A DNA stretch of 64,000 nucleotides, taken from Sedimentisphaerales bacterium. Its GTDB lineage: Bacteria > Planctomycetota > Phycisphaerae > Sedimentisphaerales > Anaerobacaceae. How positions within the stretch are numbered: position 1 is the first letter of the stretch; each line of letters starts with the position of its first letter. The notes under the pieces were generated by a model. The model searched no databases and had not been told where the DNA came from. It saw nothing but the letters and a program-made list of their open reading frames with translations. The translations under genes and the position numbers were made by a program. Shown here one piece after another: positions 43,015-54,942 of the stretch. The stretch spans positions 6,688,001-6,752,000 of the forward strand of contig OY970194.1 of NCBI GenBank assembly GCA_963708075.1. Direction: 5' to 3'.

Positions 43015-44002
43015 TCAGTTCTGCAACTGCACGTTTTGCTGGAGGACGTGGATCTTCTCGCGGATCTCGCTGGACATCCGGCTGTTCGGGAAATCGCGGA
43101 TGATCTGCTGACCGACCTCCAATGCATCCGCCCACTGCTTGTCCGAGATGGCCATGGCAAACCGCACGCCGAGGTTGTGCAGCTTCGTCCGGAACACGTC
43201 CTTGGCCGCCTCCTGCAGAGCCAGGGCCTCGTTCGGCGTCAGGTACATGTCCAGCTCCCGAAGGATCTCCAGGCTGCGGTCCGTCTCCTGCCGCTTGATC
43301 GCACTGTCCCAGGCGGCCAGCAGAGACCCGCTTGTGCTGCTCTTTCTTGTCCACCAGTTGCCGGCGCATGTCCTTGGCTCTTTCGGAATCCGGATAGGCT
43401 CGGATCAGCGATTCGATCTGGACGCTGGCCTTGGCCCACTGGGAACTTTCGAACAGCGTCTCGATGTGCGCGATCGTCTGGTCCAGGCGCTCATCCTCCG
43501 TAGAGTCACGGTACTGGTCCACCTCGCGCCGCAGTTCCTCCGCCAGGCTGCGATAGCCGGCGTGGCCCGCGATCTCATCGACGATCTCGTACGCGCCGTC
43601 GAAATTCATCTCCTTGAGCTTGTCAAACACCGCTTCTCGCAGGGACTGCTTCTCCTCATCGCGGAAAGCAATCGTCTTGACGACCTCGCTGACGCGCGTG
43701 CTGTGATTGATTTGCTGAAGACCCCGGTAGATGTTCTCGAGTGCCTTGGCGGCCTCTTCCATCTTTGTGCTGTTGTCCCGCAGCGTGTTGACGATGCCGG
43801 AGACCTGCGAGAGCATGGTTATCAGAGCGCCGAGGAGGACGAGTGAGCCGAACATGAACAGGGCGTCGCGCACGGCCGCGGTATTCTCAAACACCCGTGT
43901 GAATACGACCAAAACTAAGACAATGACCGTGACCAGAGCGGCGATGATGATTGTGATGTGCCACTTGAACTGCCGTACCTGGCTGTCTTGATTGGAGTCC
44001 AT
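43015..44002 (-). CDS. Conserved hypothetical protein, two N-terminal TMs plus helical/TPR-like repeats (frameshift near 43325)
   Basis: Joins ORF 42740..44029 to 43015..43248 (YLTPNEA...IIRDFPNSRM). Confidence 0.7.
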
Positions 44003-44047
44003 GGGCTCTTTCTCCTGGCGAGCAGACAACTCTTCACAGCCAATCCT

Positions 44048-44076
44048 ATTATAGGCGTTGGCAGCCGCCGAGTCAA
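44048..44076 (-). promoter_or_regulatory. Sigma70-type promoter
   Basis: Minus strand TTGACT-N17-TATAAT. Confidence 0.65.
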
Positions 44077-44603
44077 CCGTGCGGCTGGCCCCTCACCTAA
44101 TATGACGTCCACCCGGGGGGATTTATTCCTGCCCTGCGCGAAATTCCGTGAGAACAGGTGGACCCGATGGCTCGCCTTGCCTGCATCCTCAATGCCTGCT
44201 GACGGCGCAGTTCCCAGATTGACAAGCCCCCGCAACAGTGCGCACAAAAAAGAGCCGAAGTCTGGCAACCTCGGCTCCTGTGAGACAGCTTTTCATTAGC
44301 GAATAGAGAGCAAGCTTATGATCTACACAGCCGTCCCACAAACCAAAACACCAAGATATAAGAAGAAAAGAGCACCTGACTTGACCCTTGTATTCTACCT
44401 CCAATCGGCTTTTTTGGCAAGCCTTTTCCCGTGGAAAACCTCTCTTTCTTCGCACTGCCCGTCTCGCAGAGCAGCGGTGCTGCAAGTCCTGTGACTTCCT
44501 GTACTTAAGAACATTTCAGTCCAGCCGATGCGTGCCCGGATAACACGTATGCCTGGAGAGTGCTCCGCCTTGTGCGTGCCAGTGGCGGGGTATTCCCCCC
44601 GGA

Positions 44604-44945
44604 CTACGCCTTGGCCCCGGTGGCGGGGGCTACACAGTAGACGTATGTCAGGGCCCCCGAGCCGGTGTTGCGGACATCGTGCAGGGTTTCGGGCGGGATG
44701 TACACGGTCTTTCCCGCTCCGACGGCAAAATGGTCATTTTCTCCGATCTGCAACTCGCCCTGGCCGGTGAGGAACACGAGCAACTCCTCGTGATGCTTGG
44801 TGCTGTGTTGTCCACAGGCCTCTCCCGGCTTGAGATAGACCCTCCCGGACCGCATTCCATGGGTCTGGGGCTGGCCCTCCAGGATTCTCTGGTACTCCGG
44901 CTTGTCGTTCAGACTGACCACCATGACTTTTTGCGGTGACGCCAT
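44604..44945 (-). CDS. Cupin domain protein
   Basis: HSTKHHEELLVFLTGQG...YIPPETLHDVRNTG. Confidence 0.88.
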   Translation of the reverse strand: MASPQKVMVVSLNDKPEYQRILEGQPQTHGMRSGRVYLKPGEACGQHSTKHHEELLVFLTGQGELQIGENDHFAVGAGKTVYIPPETLHDVRNTGSGALTYVYCVAPATGAKA

Positions 44946-44989
44946 GAATTCTCCTTGCAATGTCCGTGCCGTTATTTAATATCGGGTCC

Positions 44990-45018
44990 GTAATACGGAT
45001 TCGGAGCCTCTGTGTCAA
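44990..45018 (-). promoter_or_regulatory. Sigma70-type promoter for the cupin gene
   Basis: Minus strand TTGACA-N17-TATTAC. Confidence 0.45.
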
Positions 45019-45107
45019 CCATCTGTGTTGATTCGTCGTATGGAATCATGTACATTCATCTGTGATTTGCCGGGCAAAACCGGACCACTGTGGAGTATGC
45101 AAGGGCA

Positions 45108-45827
45108 ATGACGCAAGAACTCAGGGCACTGATAATTGCCGCCGCCTCAATCGGCTTCTTTCATACGCTGTTGGGACCCGACCATTACCTGCCGTTTATC
45201 ATGATGTCCTGGGCCCGCAAGTGGTCCACCGCCAGGACGACGGTGATCACGCTCCTGTGTGCGCTTGGGCATATCGGCAGCTCGGTGGTGCTGGGCCTGA
45301 TCGGCGTCATGCTGGGCCTGGCGGTCGAGAACCTGACGGGGGCCGAATCCATGCGTGGCCGGATTGCCGCATGGCTATTCATCGCATTCGGCCTGGTCTA
45401 CCTGATCTGGGGGATTCGGCATATCTATCGCGGCCGGCCTCACCAACATACCCACTGTCATGTGACGGATGAGCCGCGTAGCCACGTCCATCCGCACAGC
45501 CATTTCGGCGAACACGCACATGTTCACGACGTCCAGTCCATCAAGAGCCTTACACCGTGGATTCTCTTTACAATCTTCGTTTTCGGGCCGTGTGAGCCGC
45601 TGATTCCGTTCCTGATGTACCCCGCCGCGAAGGGCAGCCTCTTCGGCCTTATCACCGTGACTTCCGTCTTCGGCATTACTACGGCAGCCACAATGCTTGC
45701 CACAGTCCTCCTCGGCAGGGCCGGCGTCGACTTCCTGCCCCTGAGAGGCGTCCAGCGGTACAGCCATGCCGTCGCAGGCGCCACAATCCTGCTGTGCGGC
45801 CTGGCCATCCAGTTCCTGGGGTTGTAA
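45108..45827 (+). CDS. His-rich nickel/cobalt transporter-like membrane protein
   Basis: FHTLLGPDHY, His-rich loop, GPCEPLIP, about six TMs. Confidence 0.75.
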   Translation: MTQELRALIIAAASIGFFHTLLGPDHYLPFIMMSWARKWSTARTTVITLLCALGHIGSSVVLGLIGVMLGLAVENLTGAESMRGRIAAWLFIAFGLVYLIWGIRHIYRGRPHQHTHCHVTDEPRSHVHPHSHFGEHAHVHDVQSIKSLTPWILFTIFVFGPCEPLIPFLMYPAAKGSLFGLITVTSVFGITTAATMLATVLLGRAGVDFLPLRGVQRYSHAVAGATILLCGLAIQFLGL

Positions 45828-45991
45828 GCCCGGGCGACACCCTGTAGTTCGCATGCCCGCCACAGAAGTCACCCACATTATGCCGCCATTTTCGTGGTCA
45901 AAGGACCATGAATCCTCTTGTACGCGGGTGTAAATGGGCTTAAAATCCACTCACGTATGGTGGTCCTGCGTAAAACCTGGAGAGAAAGACC

Positions 45992-47521
45992 ATGTTGGCG
46001 AGGCTGCATAGTGTCACGCTGGAAGGTATCGAGGGTGTCATTTGCGAGGTGGAAGTGGACGTCGCCCGGGGCGGCCTGGAGAAGTCCATCGTCGTGGGCC
46101 TGCCCGATGCGGCGGTCAAGGAGAGTGTCGAGCGGGTCCGAAGCGCGATCGTCAACTGCGGGTACAGGTATCCCAAAACCCAGTCGCTGATCAACCTGGC
46201 GCCGGCGGATGTGAAGAAGGCCGGTCCCGCGTTCGATCTGCCGATCGCGCTGGGAATGCTCATTGGCGAAGGTGTCCTGACCGGGCCAGCCGTCAAGGAT
46301 TACGTCGTTGCAGGGGAGTTGGCCCTGGATGGGCGGGTTCGGCCGGTCAACGGAGTGCTCAGCATGGCCCTTACGGCTGCGGCCAACGGCTTTTCCCGGA
46401 TGATCGTCCCGCTGGACAACGCCAAAGAGGCCGCTGTCATGCAGAATATCGAGGTGTTCGGGGTCGGCTCACTGTCACAGGCTGTGGATTTCCTGGCTAG
46501 CCGGCTTCCGCTCGACACGACCATCACGGATGTCGATTCGCTATTCGATATCGCGTCACACTACGAGATCGACTTCTCCGATGTGAAGGGCCAGGAAAGC
46601 GTCAAGCGAGCCCTGACCGTCGCAGCGGCAGGGTCGCACAATATAATGATGATCGGGCCACCTGGTGCAGGTAAGACGATGCTCGCCCAGCGATTGGCGA
46701 CAATTCTGCCGCCGCTGAGTCTGGAGGAGTCATTGGAAACCACGCGCATCTATTCGGCCGTGGGACTTCTGAAGAAGGATCAGGCATTGCTGGCCACGCG
46801 GCCGGTTCGTGCGCCGCACCATTCGGCGAGCGGCCCGGCTCTCATTGGCGGCGGGTCTTCGCCCCGGCCGGGAGAACTCTCGCTGGCCCACTTCGGGATT
46901 CTCTTCCTCGATGAGTTCGTCGAGTTCCCGCGGCACGTGCTGGAGATGATCCGCCAGCCGCTTGAGGACGGCTACGTCGTCGTCTCCCGCGCCAAGAAGA
47001 CGATTCACTTCCCCGCCCAGTTCATGCTCGTGGCGGCCATGAATCCCTGTCCATGCGGATACTTCGGGAGCAATCTTCGGGCCTGCAAGTGCGCGCCGGG
47101 ACAGATCGCCCGCTATCTGGCCAAGGTGTCCGGGCCGCTCGTGGACAGGATCGACATTCACATCGACGTTCCCGCCGTGGCCTTCAGCAAGCTGCGGTCC
47201 AAAACGCGCCAGATTGACTCCGAGACGTTGCGGGCGACCGTCACGGCAGCCAGGCAGGTGCAGAAACGACGCTTTGGCGGAAGCAAAATCCTGACCAACG
47301 CGCACATGACGCACAAGCAGTTGGAGCAGTTCTGCCAACTCGATTCGGCCGGCGAGTTGCTGCTCAAGGAAGCAGTGCTGGAACTGGGGCTCAGCGCTCG
47401 TGCGCACGACAAGATCTGCAAGGTGGCCCGGACCATCGCCGACTTGGATGGCAGCGAAAACATCCGGGCCGAGCATGTCGCGGAAGCCATAGGTTATCGA
47501 AAGCTCGACAGAAAACTCTAA
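45992..47521 (+). CDS. YifB/ComM family Mg-chelatase-like AAA+ ATPase
   Basis: NLAPADVKK.G..FDLPIA, GPPGAGKTML, RAPHHSAS, GELSLAH, AAMNPCPCG, SGPLVDRID. Confidence 0.93.
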   Translation: MLARLHSVTLEGIEGVICEVEVDVARGGLEKSIVVGLPDAAVKESVERVRSAIVNCGYRYPKTQSLINLAPADVKKAGPAFDLPIALGMLIGEGVLTGPAVKDYVVAGELALDGRVRPVNGVLSMALTAAANGFSRMIVPLDNAKEAAVMQNIEVFGVGSLSQAVDFLASRLPLDTTITDVDSLFDIASHYEIDFSDVKGQESVKRALTVAAAGSHNIMMIGPPGAGKTMLAQRLATILPPLSLEESLETTRIYSAVGLLKKDQALLATRPVRAPHHSASGPALIGGGSSPRPGELSLAHFGILFLDEFVEFPRHVLEMIRQPLEDGYVVVSRAKKTIHFPAQFMLVAAMNPCPCGYFGSNLRACKCAPGQIARYLAKVSGPLVDRIDIHIDVPAVAFSKLRSKTRQIDSETLRATVTAARQVQKRRFGGSKILTNAHMTHKQLEQFCQLDSAGELLLKEAVLELGLSARAHDKICKVARTIADLDGSENIRAEHVAEAIGYRKLDRKL

Positions 47522-47763
47522 GTTTCAGCCTTTGGCGTTGTTCCAAGCACTATTCCCCGATGAGAGATAAGGTTGGCAAGCCACACGAAAGGCCCAGCTG
47601 GCTTGAAGGGCTGGGGAGGGCAACGGACTGGTTGTACTATTCTCCCCTGGAAGAGTGGCTTTTTTACGCTTGACAGTGGTTTTCTGGGAGGGACAATTCG
47701 ATAGAAATGAAGGTGCGTAGTGACATTTTGGCGACATGAATCTGGTGAGACTTGAGCCTTGCG

Positions 47764-47832
47764 CCCGGCACCTTCTGGTCGGGCCTGATTGATGATGTCC
47801 GTATCTACAACCGCCCGCTAAAGCCGTAGGAC
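47764..47832 (+). pseudogene. Orphan 3' tail of a LamG-domain gene
   Basis: Encodes PGTFWSGLIDDVRIYNRPLKP*; 56 of 69 nt identical to 54877-54945 by manual alignment. Confidence 0.8.
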
Positions 47833-50800
47833 CCAATAGTCGATTTGGGAGCCACTTTCTGAGGGCCCCGCGGCGGGACCGTCTCGCCGGCCGCAATCTC
47901 CGCAAACGACATGGCTCGCCATAGCCTCAGAGTGCCATCGCGGCTGCCCGAGAGGATGGCGTTGCCGTGCTCGGCGAAGGCGACGCACCAGACCCACCCG
48001 GCATGCCCGGTCAGAATGGCCACTTCCTGGTCAATCTCGGGGTGCCACAGCCGGATCGTGTGATCCATGCCGCCGCTGGCGAGGGTGCAGCCATCCGGAG
48101 AGAAGACCAGAATGTTGACCGCACCGGCATGCCCAACGAGCTTGCGCAAGGGCCGTTGGCCACGGAGGTCCCAGAGAAAGATCACGCCGCGCTCGTCGGC
48201 GAAGGCCAGCAACTCGCTGTCGGGCGAGAACACCACGGAATCCAGAAAACGCACCTTCTGCGGGCTGCTGGCCACGACGCGGTGCTGCGCGATGTCCCAG
48301 ACGTGCACCCATCCTTCCGGGCTCCCGGTGGCGAGTCGTCTACCATCGCGCGACACTGCTAGGGGCTGCATTGGAGAAGAGCCCACCACGCCGCTGAAGT
48401 TCGCGATCATCCGCCCGCTCGCCACGTCGGTCAGCTTGATCCCCGTGCCAAATCCGCCCCCCGTCACCATGACCGTCCCGTTCAAGGCGTAGGCGATGTG
48501 AGTGATCAGGCCGTCGTGAAGCTTCAGAGGCTCCTTCACCCTCTCCAAGGTGTCCGCATCAAGGAAGGCGACCCTTCCGTCGCTGCTCCCCACGGCCAGT
48601 TCCCGGCCATCCGGCGAAAACGTAAGCCTCCCGAACCCCCACCCCGGGTCTCCGACCTTGAAGACATCGGTCATGGCCACGTGGGCCAGGATGGTTCCGG
48701 TTCCCAGATCGCACAAGATGAGGCTGTAATTCTCGGCAGCGACGGCCCGGTCCTGAGCGGGAGATACGGCGACTCCAAAGATCACGAGTTGTTCACGCTG
48801 CGGTGAAGGCATGTCCCTGGGAGGAAACAGCGTAGTGAACTCTTCGCAGGGCGGAAGGGAGGACGCGAAATCCGCCGTCTGCAGAGACCAGAGCCGGCCG
48901 GTGCCGTCATCACTGGCCGAAGCGAGCGAACGTCCGTCGGGTGCAATGACCAGTTGATTGACGGCTGCGCTGTGCCCAGGCAAGAGATCAGTCTGCGCCG
49001 GTTCTTCGACATTCCAGGAGCGAATGTTCTGGTCGAGACTGCCGGCGAACAGGGTCCGGCCGTCCGGCGTGAAAGCGACCGAGTTGACGTGGATAAAGTC
49101 GCTTCGCTTGGTGTACATGGTTGCCTGCCGTTTCACGTCCCACAGCACGACGCGTTCATCCGCGCCACCCGTGGCCAGCGTGCTTCCATCCGGCGAGAAA
49201 GCGGCAGACATGATGAAATCGACATGGGCTATGGGAAGATTCGTCAGGACGCCGTCAACCAGATCGTACAAGGCAACATTCATCGCTGGCGTGTCCTTCG
49301 TCTGATTGCAGACAGCCATGGTTCGCTCATCCGGCGAGAACGCCGCCGGCCCCAAGAAGCCAAGGTTCGTCCTCAACGCGAGCGTGGGTGTCGCGCCGGC
49401 TGAGCCGGTATGCAGTTCCCAGAGGTCAATCGATCGGGTATCGGTTGCCCGTGTGGCCAGAAACCTTCCGCCGGGACTGAAGGCGAAGTCGACAAACGCC
49501 CCCCGGCCCACGCTGGTCGAGAAGAGGATGCGCTCGCGGACGATGTCCCACATCTTCAGGGTGCCGTCGTCGCCGCTGACCGTGGCCAGCCATGTGTTGT
49601 CCCGGGGGTAGAAGGCCAGGTAATCGATGGTGCCCTCGTGGGCTTGCCAGCGTCTGATGCGTTGTCGCGTTTGCGCATCGAATAGCTCTACAAAGCCGTC
49701 GCCGGCGCCGAACGCCAGCGTGCGACCATCCGGCGAGTAGTCGACCGATTGAAAGCCGCCAGCGTTGGTGGCCAGCACGTCTGCCCGGCTGCTCGAGCAG
49801 AGCCGATAGAGATATCGCCAGTCGAAGCCGCGAAAGTCCGGCTGGCCTGGTGGCGGTCTCTGCGCCTTGAGCAATTCCAGCGCACCCCCAATCTTGCCCG
49901 CCTTGTAGGCCGCATGCGCGAGCTTCATCTGCGCGGCATAACGGCCGCCTTGGGCGATATGGCCCAGGCTTTGGGCCTGTGTGCGAGCCGCCGTCTCTCT
50001 CTGGCGTGCCTTCTCCGCTCGGAAGTACATCGTGGTGCTCACGACGAAGCCCAGCATGATCACCGCTGCCATAAGCACGACCGTGGCCACCGCGCCGGCG
50101 TGTTTCTGCACGAACTTCTTGACTCGATACGTGGTCGTCTCGGGCCCGGCGATCAGAGGATTGCCGTACAGATAGTTCCTAATATCATCTGCAAGCTCGG
50201 AGGCCGACCGATAGCGACGGGTGCGGTCCTTACGCATCGCCTTGAGTGGAATCCACTCCAGTTCCCTGTGCAAACGTCTAGCCAACGAGGCAACATCCGT
50301 GCGGCGACCTTCGGCGATAGTCCTGGCCTCTTCACCGAGGGCTGTAAGACGCGTGCTGGGTGTCTTAGGCTCCTCTTGGCAGATCACCCTGCGGGTCTGG
50401 TCAGGCCCGCCTTCGCGAAGGGTCTTGGGGTCAAACGGTAGTACGCCCGTCAGCAGTTCGTAGAGCACCACACCGAGCGAGTAGATGTCCGAGCGGGTAT
50501 CGACGTCCTGGGCGGTCAGTTCCGCCTGCTCCGGGCTCATGTACTCCGGCGTGCCGACAAACTGACCCTGTTCCGTCACGAGTGTTCGCTCGGTCAAAGG
50601 CTGGCTCACCGCCTTGGCGATCCCAAAATCGATCACCTTAGGCGTCGCCTTCTCACCCTCAATCAGAACTAAGATGTTCGACGGCTTGATGTCCCGGTGT
50701 ATAATGCCCTTGGTATGGGCATGCTGAATGGCCTCACAGACCTCCAGGAACAACTGGAGGCGTTCCTCGATCGTGAGCTTTTGGCGGTCGCAGTGTTCAA

Positions 50801-51210
50801 TGATAGGCACGCCTTTGACGTATTCCATCGCGAAATAGGGCCGCCCGGCCTCCGTTGTCCCGGCGTCGTGGACGTGAGCGATACTCGGATGGTCCAAGAG
50901 GGCCAAGGCCTGACGCTCGGCCTCAAAGCGGGCAATGACCTGCTTGGTATCCATGCCCGGCTTGATGATTTTCAAGGCGACCTGGCGTCTGATGGGGTGT
51001 TCCTGGTCGGCCAAGTAGACGATGCCCATACCCCCTTCGCCGAGCACGCGAACGAGCCTGTAGGGGCCGATCCGACTACCGGACGTCGCAAACAGTTCCA
51101 ACGAGACGGTAGGAGTCCCTTCGTCTTGCGGGCTTCCCTCTTCGAGAACCGAAGGATAGAAGCTCCCGCAACTGTTCGGGTTCAGCGCCAAATGCCGAGT
51201 CTCTGTCCAT
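47805..51210 (-). CDS. Ser/Thr protein kinase with C-terminal WD40 repeats (frameshift near 51150)
   Basis: GEGGMGIV, VALK, HRDIKPSN, DFG, GTPEYMSPE, hydrophobic segment, many WD40 repeats; probable true N-terminus MDRDSAFGAEPEQLRELL. Confidence 0.9.
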
Positions 51211-51332
51211 TCTCAAACCGCCTGAACTGACGAATGACGCAAACGCCGTCGGATTCGACGGGCATCCGCTCCCTGGCCCGGACGCCACTTTGCGGAAGGA
51301 GCAACTTCGTGCTCCCCAGATAACTCCACTCT

Positions 51333-52106
51333 TTATTGGGAATGTTGCGCGTTTTGCGGAAGAAATCCCATGATTTCTTTCAGTTCTTCATCCATTTCGC
51401 TCTCGCAAGCCACCGTACGGCGGAGATGTTGCCTCAGTGTGGCCTGGAAGCGCCTCTTGACCGTGATCATCATGTTCGAGGCCTGCTTCTCACTTTGAAT
51501 GCCATATCTCTCACAGATTTCCGTCAACGATGGAGGCTTTACGCTGTTCAGCAGAGGCTGGACGATCCTGTCATGGAAGACCTGCCAGTGGGTCTCCATC
51601 ACCTGCTCACGGCAGTCGGCTTTCACTTCCGAGAGGACCTGATCGAGCAAGGCGGAGACCCAGGCGTAGTTGTACAAATCCTCCAGACTGGACTGCGCGA
51701 CGCTTTCCGGCAGAACAGGCGGCTCAATGGCATCCAGCGAGACGATCTTGTCCTTGGGAATCTGTCTCTGAGCAGCTTCTCTCCGTCGCTCATTCAGAAG
51801 ATACATGTTCAGGGCGTGCAACAGGAAGGAGCGAAACCGTCCCTTGGATGAATCAGCCCGCTGGATCAGGTTGCGGTTCAGGACCACTTCGTGAAAGAAA
51901 CCCTGGGTCAGGTCCTTGGCCTGCTCGTTGTCGTAGCCCTTGCGACGTAGGTAGCAATACACCGGCTTCCAATACCTTTGGAGCAACAGGCCGATCAGCG
52001 CTCGCTCTTTGTCCTCATGGGCTTTGACGTCTTCGATCTCAGACCAATGCGTGGTGAGAAACGCTGCCCCCGTTCCCCCCATGTCCGTCTGATCGCGGCG
52101 TTTCAT
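51333..52106 (-). CDS. ECF sigma factor (kinase-associated type)
   Basis: FLTTHWS, RYWKPVYCYLRRKG, AKDLTQGFF, KGRFRSFL. Confidence 0.85.
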   Translation of the reverse strand: MKRRDQTDMGGTGAAFLTTHWSEIEDVKAHEDKERALIGLLLQRYWKPVYCYLRRKGYDNEQAKDLTQGFFHEVVLNRNLIQRADSSKGRFRSFLLHALNMYLLNERRREAAQRQIPKDKIVSLDAIEPPVLPESVAQSSLEDLYNYAWVSALLDQVLSEVKADCREQVMETHWQVFHDRIVQPLLNSVKPPSLTEICERYGIQSEKQASNMMITVKRRFQATLRQHLRRTVACESEMDEELKEIMGFLPQNAQHSQ

Positions 52107-52419
52107 ATTCGCTACCCCATCGACTACGGCTTGGCGCCTCCACGCCATCGGACTGACCCTGCTGGAGCCTATGGTAGCGAGCCCAGTGAGTATCCGCAAG
52201 CGATAAACCAGGGTGTGTCAAGGACTTGCACGTCTCCACAGATCTCCCGCAAGAGAAATTCTGGAATTCGCGCAGCATCCAAGATTTTCAGGTGATTGGA
52301 TTACAGAGGCATGGCTGTGAACCAGCGTTCCAAGGTCGCTCTTCGCAGCTCCTGAAATAGGCGAATCAGCGTTCCAGTGTCGCAAGTGCTTTGGCCGAGG
52401 AGCCAGAAAGGGCAGAACC

Positions 52420-54942
52420 ATGAAAGCGACGACCAAGAACCACACAGCCCGGAGGCCGGGCCAGGATGTTCAGACTGGCGGAACAGGTACGCACGGGAAA
52501 ACGGCGACCCACGTGACTGCTGTCGCGTTGCTTGCCATCCTGTGCTTCTTGCCAGCTGCTTGGGCGGAGGTCTACACGATCACAGTTGGGAACGAAGAGT
52601 TTCGTTTCACCCCTCAGCCTGAGCGAGGATACGTGGTCAAGTGTGCCGAGAAGGCCGGCGGCATTACCGCGTCGAGCGACATCTCAGCCCTCGATCCGGA
52701 CCATACGACGCCGGTCGGCGGGACGGATTGGCACGGCATCTACATGGTGGAGAATGCCGGTCCCGCGGCCGAGAATGAACGGGCCATCACAAGACTCAGA
52801 CAGCAGGGACGGGTCGCTTTTGCGGCTCTCCTGTTCTCATCCAACGGGCAAACGGTGGCGATCATCCCAGAGATCGTCGTACGAATGGTGCCGGGCGCGG
52901 AGATGAAACAGCTTCAACGCCTTTGCGAGAAGGTGGATTGCCGGCTCAAGAAGCGGATGGAGTTCACGGAGCAGGAGTATCTCCTGGAGGTCCTGGGGCC
53001 GGACGCCGAGGCTGTCTTTGCTGCCCTTGAGGCATTCAACCACTGCCCCGAGGTCGAGTGGGCATGCCCGAATACTGCATTCCAGCCGAAGCTCGGTGAC
53101 CAAGTTGTGCCGGACGGCGCTGTTGTTGACCAAAGGGTTGGGATTGCATCGGCGGGAGAAGATCCCAATAACCTCGGCGTGTTCCCGAACGACGAATACT
53201 TCCCCATGCAATGGCACCTGCACAACACGGGCCAGTCAGGTGGGACACCCGGTGCGGACATTCGCGCGCCGGAGGCGTGGGAGATTACGACGGGAGACCC
53301 GAACATTGTGGTTGCCGTCCTCGACTGCGGCGTTGACACCAGCCATCCTGACCTGATCGACAACCTGGTCGCAGGATACGATTTCTACGAGAATGACCCG
53401 TTTCCAGACCCCACCCTTGTTGGGGAGACAAACCTCCACGGCACAGCTTGTGCGGGTCTTGTCGCGGCTCAAGGCAACAACTCTATTGGCGTCACGGGAG
53501 TTACCTGGAACTGCAAGGTGATGCCCATCCGACAAACACAGATACAATCCAACCCCGCCACGGAAGACATCGGGGCGACGGCACTCCGTTGGGCTGCGGC
53601 ACATGGCGCCGACATCTTAAATGGGAGAGGGGCCACTAACTACCCAACTCCCATCATTCACTCGGCGATAGTGGATATCACAAAACCAGGAGGAATCGGT
53701 CGAAACGGCAAAGGATGTGTTCTTGTGTACCCTGCGATCAACGCCAACGCGTTGGTGTATTACCCCGCGAGGTATCCGGAGGTTATCGCTGTTGGCGCCA
53801 CGGACCACAGGGACCTGCGCTGGGGCTATAGTAATTACGGGCCGGAGTTGGACATTATGGCTCCGGGCGGGCCATATCCGCCCGGCTCGGCCGGGGACGT
53901 ATTCGCCATCTGGACCACCGATATTGCCGGAAGCCCCGGCGGTAACGGGATCATCAGGGGCCTCCGCATCACAGACTACATCCCATTTGGTGGGACTTCT
54001 GCTGCCACTCCAATCGTAGCCGGCGTAGCGGCCCTGATTCTGTCCGTGGAGCCCAATCTCACGAACGACGAGGCTCGGCACTTCCTGGAGCGGTCTGCAA
54101 AGGACCTCGGCGATCCGGGGAGAGATGACTACTATGGTTGGGGTCGAGTCGATGCGAGGGCGGCACTGGATATGGTCCTGGCCAAGCGGGCGGACCTGAA
54201 CAACGACTGGAAGGTGGACGAAGAGGACCGGGCCATTCTGATGAAAGCGATAGAGGCCAATGACGTCTCGGCCGATATCGCTCCTGCGGCCAAACGCGAC
54301 GGCGTCGTCGATGCAAAGGACCTTGAGCTTTTAACACAGTATTTGGGAACGGTCATCCCGGAGTTGGGCTTGATCGCCCACTGGAAGCTGGATGACGTGG
54401 AAGGTGACATAGCCCATGAGAGTATCAATGACCACGACGGCACTCTGCATGGTGGCGCTGTATGGCAGCCGACCGGCGGCAATCTCGGCGGCGCCCTACA
54501 GCTCGATGGCGTGGATGACTGTGTGAAAACTGAGTTCATTCGCGATCCAGCAGAAGGCCCCTTCAGTATCTTTGCCTGGGTCAAGGGCGATGCGCCGGGG
54601 CACGTGATCCTCTCTCAGGAGAAGGGGGCCAACTGGCTGGTGGCGAGTGCGCCGGACGGCACGTTGGCCACAGAACTCAAGAGCTCCGGGCGTACCGGGA
54701 AGATGTTGAAGTCTACCATAATCATCACGGATGGCGCATGGCACCGCGTTGGCCTTGTCTGGGATGGCACCAACAGGATTCTCTACGTGGATAACGTCGA
54801 AGCAGTCAGGGACACACAGACGACGCTGGCGGGAACCTACACGGGTTTGCACGTCGGGGCCGGTAGTACGCTCGCCCCCGGCACCTTCTGGTCCGGCCTG
54901 ATCGATGACGTGCGAATCTATGATCGAGCGGTCAAACCGTAG
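52420..54942 (+). CDS. S8 (subtilase) serine peptidase with dockerin-like and C-terminal LamG domain
   Basis: Triad VAVLDCG / LHGTACAG / GTSAATP; ADLNNDWKVDEED; AHWKLDD...WHRVGLVWDG...SGLIDDVRIYDR. Confidence 0.9.
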   Translation: MKATTKNHTARRPGQDVQTGGTGTHGKTATHVTAVALLAILCFLPAAWAEVYTITVGNEEFRFTPQPERGYVVKCAEKAGGITASSDISALDPDHTTPVGGTDWHGIYMVENAGPAAENERAITRLRQQGRVAFAALLFSSNGQTVAIIPEIVVRMVPGAEMKQLQRLCEKVDCRLKKRMEFTEQEYLLEVLGPDAEAVFAALEAFNHCPEVEWACPNTAFQPKLGDQVVPDGAVVDQRVGIASAGEDPNNLGVFPNDEYFPMQWHLHNTGQSGGTPGADIRAPEAWEITTGDPNIVVAVLDCGVDTSHPDLIDNLVAGYDFYENDPFPDPTLVGETNLHGTACAGLVAAQGNNSIGVTGVTWNCKVMPIRQTQIQSNPATEDIGATALRWAAAHGADILNGRGATNYPTPIIHSAIVDITKPGGIGRNGKGCVLVYPAINANALVYYPARYPEVIAVGATDHRDLRWGYSNYGPELDIMAPGGPYPPGSAGDVFAIWTTDIAGSPGGNGIIRGLRITDYIPFGGTSAATPIVAGVAALILSVEPNLTNDEARHFLERSAKDLGDPGRDDYYGWGRVDARAALDMVLAKRADLNNDWKVDEEDRAILMKAIEANDVSADIAPAAKRDGVVDAKDLELLTQYLGTVIPELGLIAHWKLDDVEGDIAHESINDHDGTLHGGAVWQPTGGNLGGALQLDGVDDCVKTEFIRDPAEGPFSIFAWVKGDAPGHVILSQEKGANWLVASAPDGTLATELKSSGRTGKMLKSTIIITDGAWHRVGLVWDGTNRILYVDNVEAVRDTQTTLAGTYTGLHVGAGSTLAPGTFWSGLIDDVRIYDRAVKP

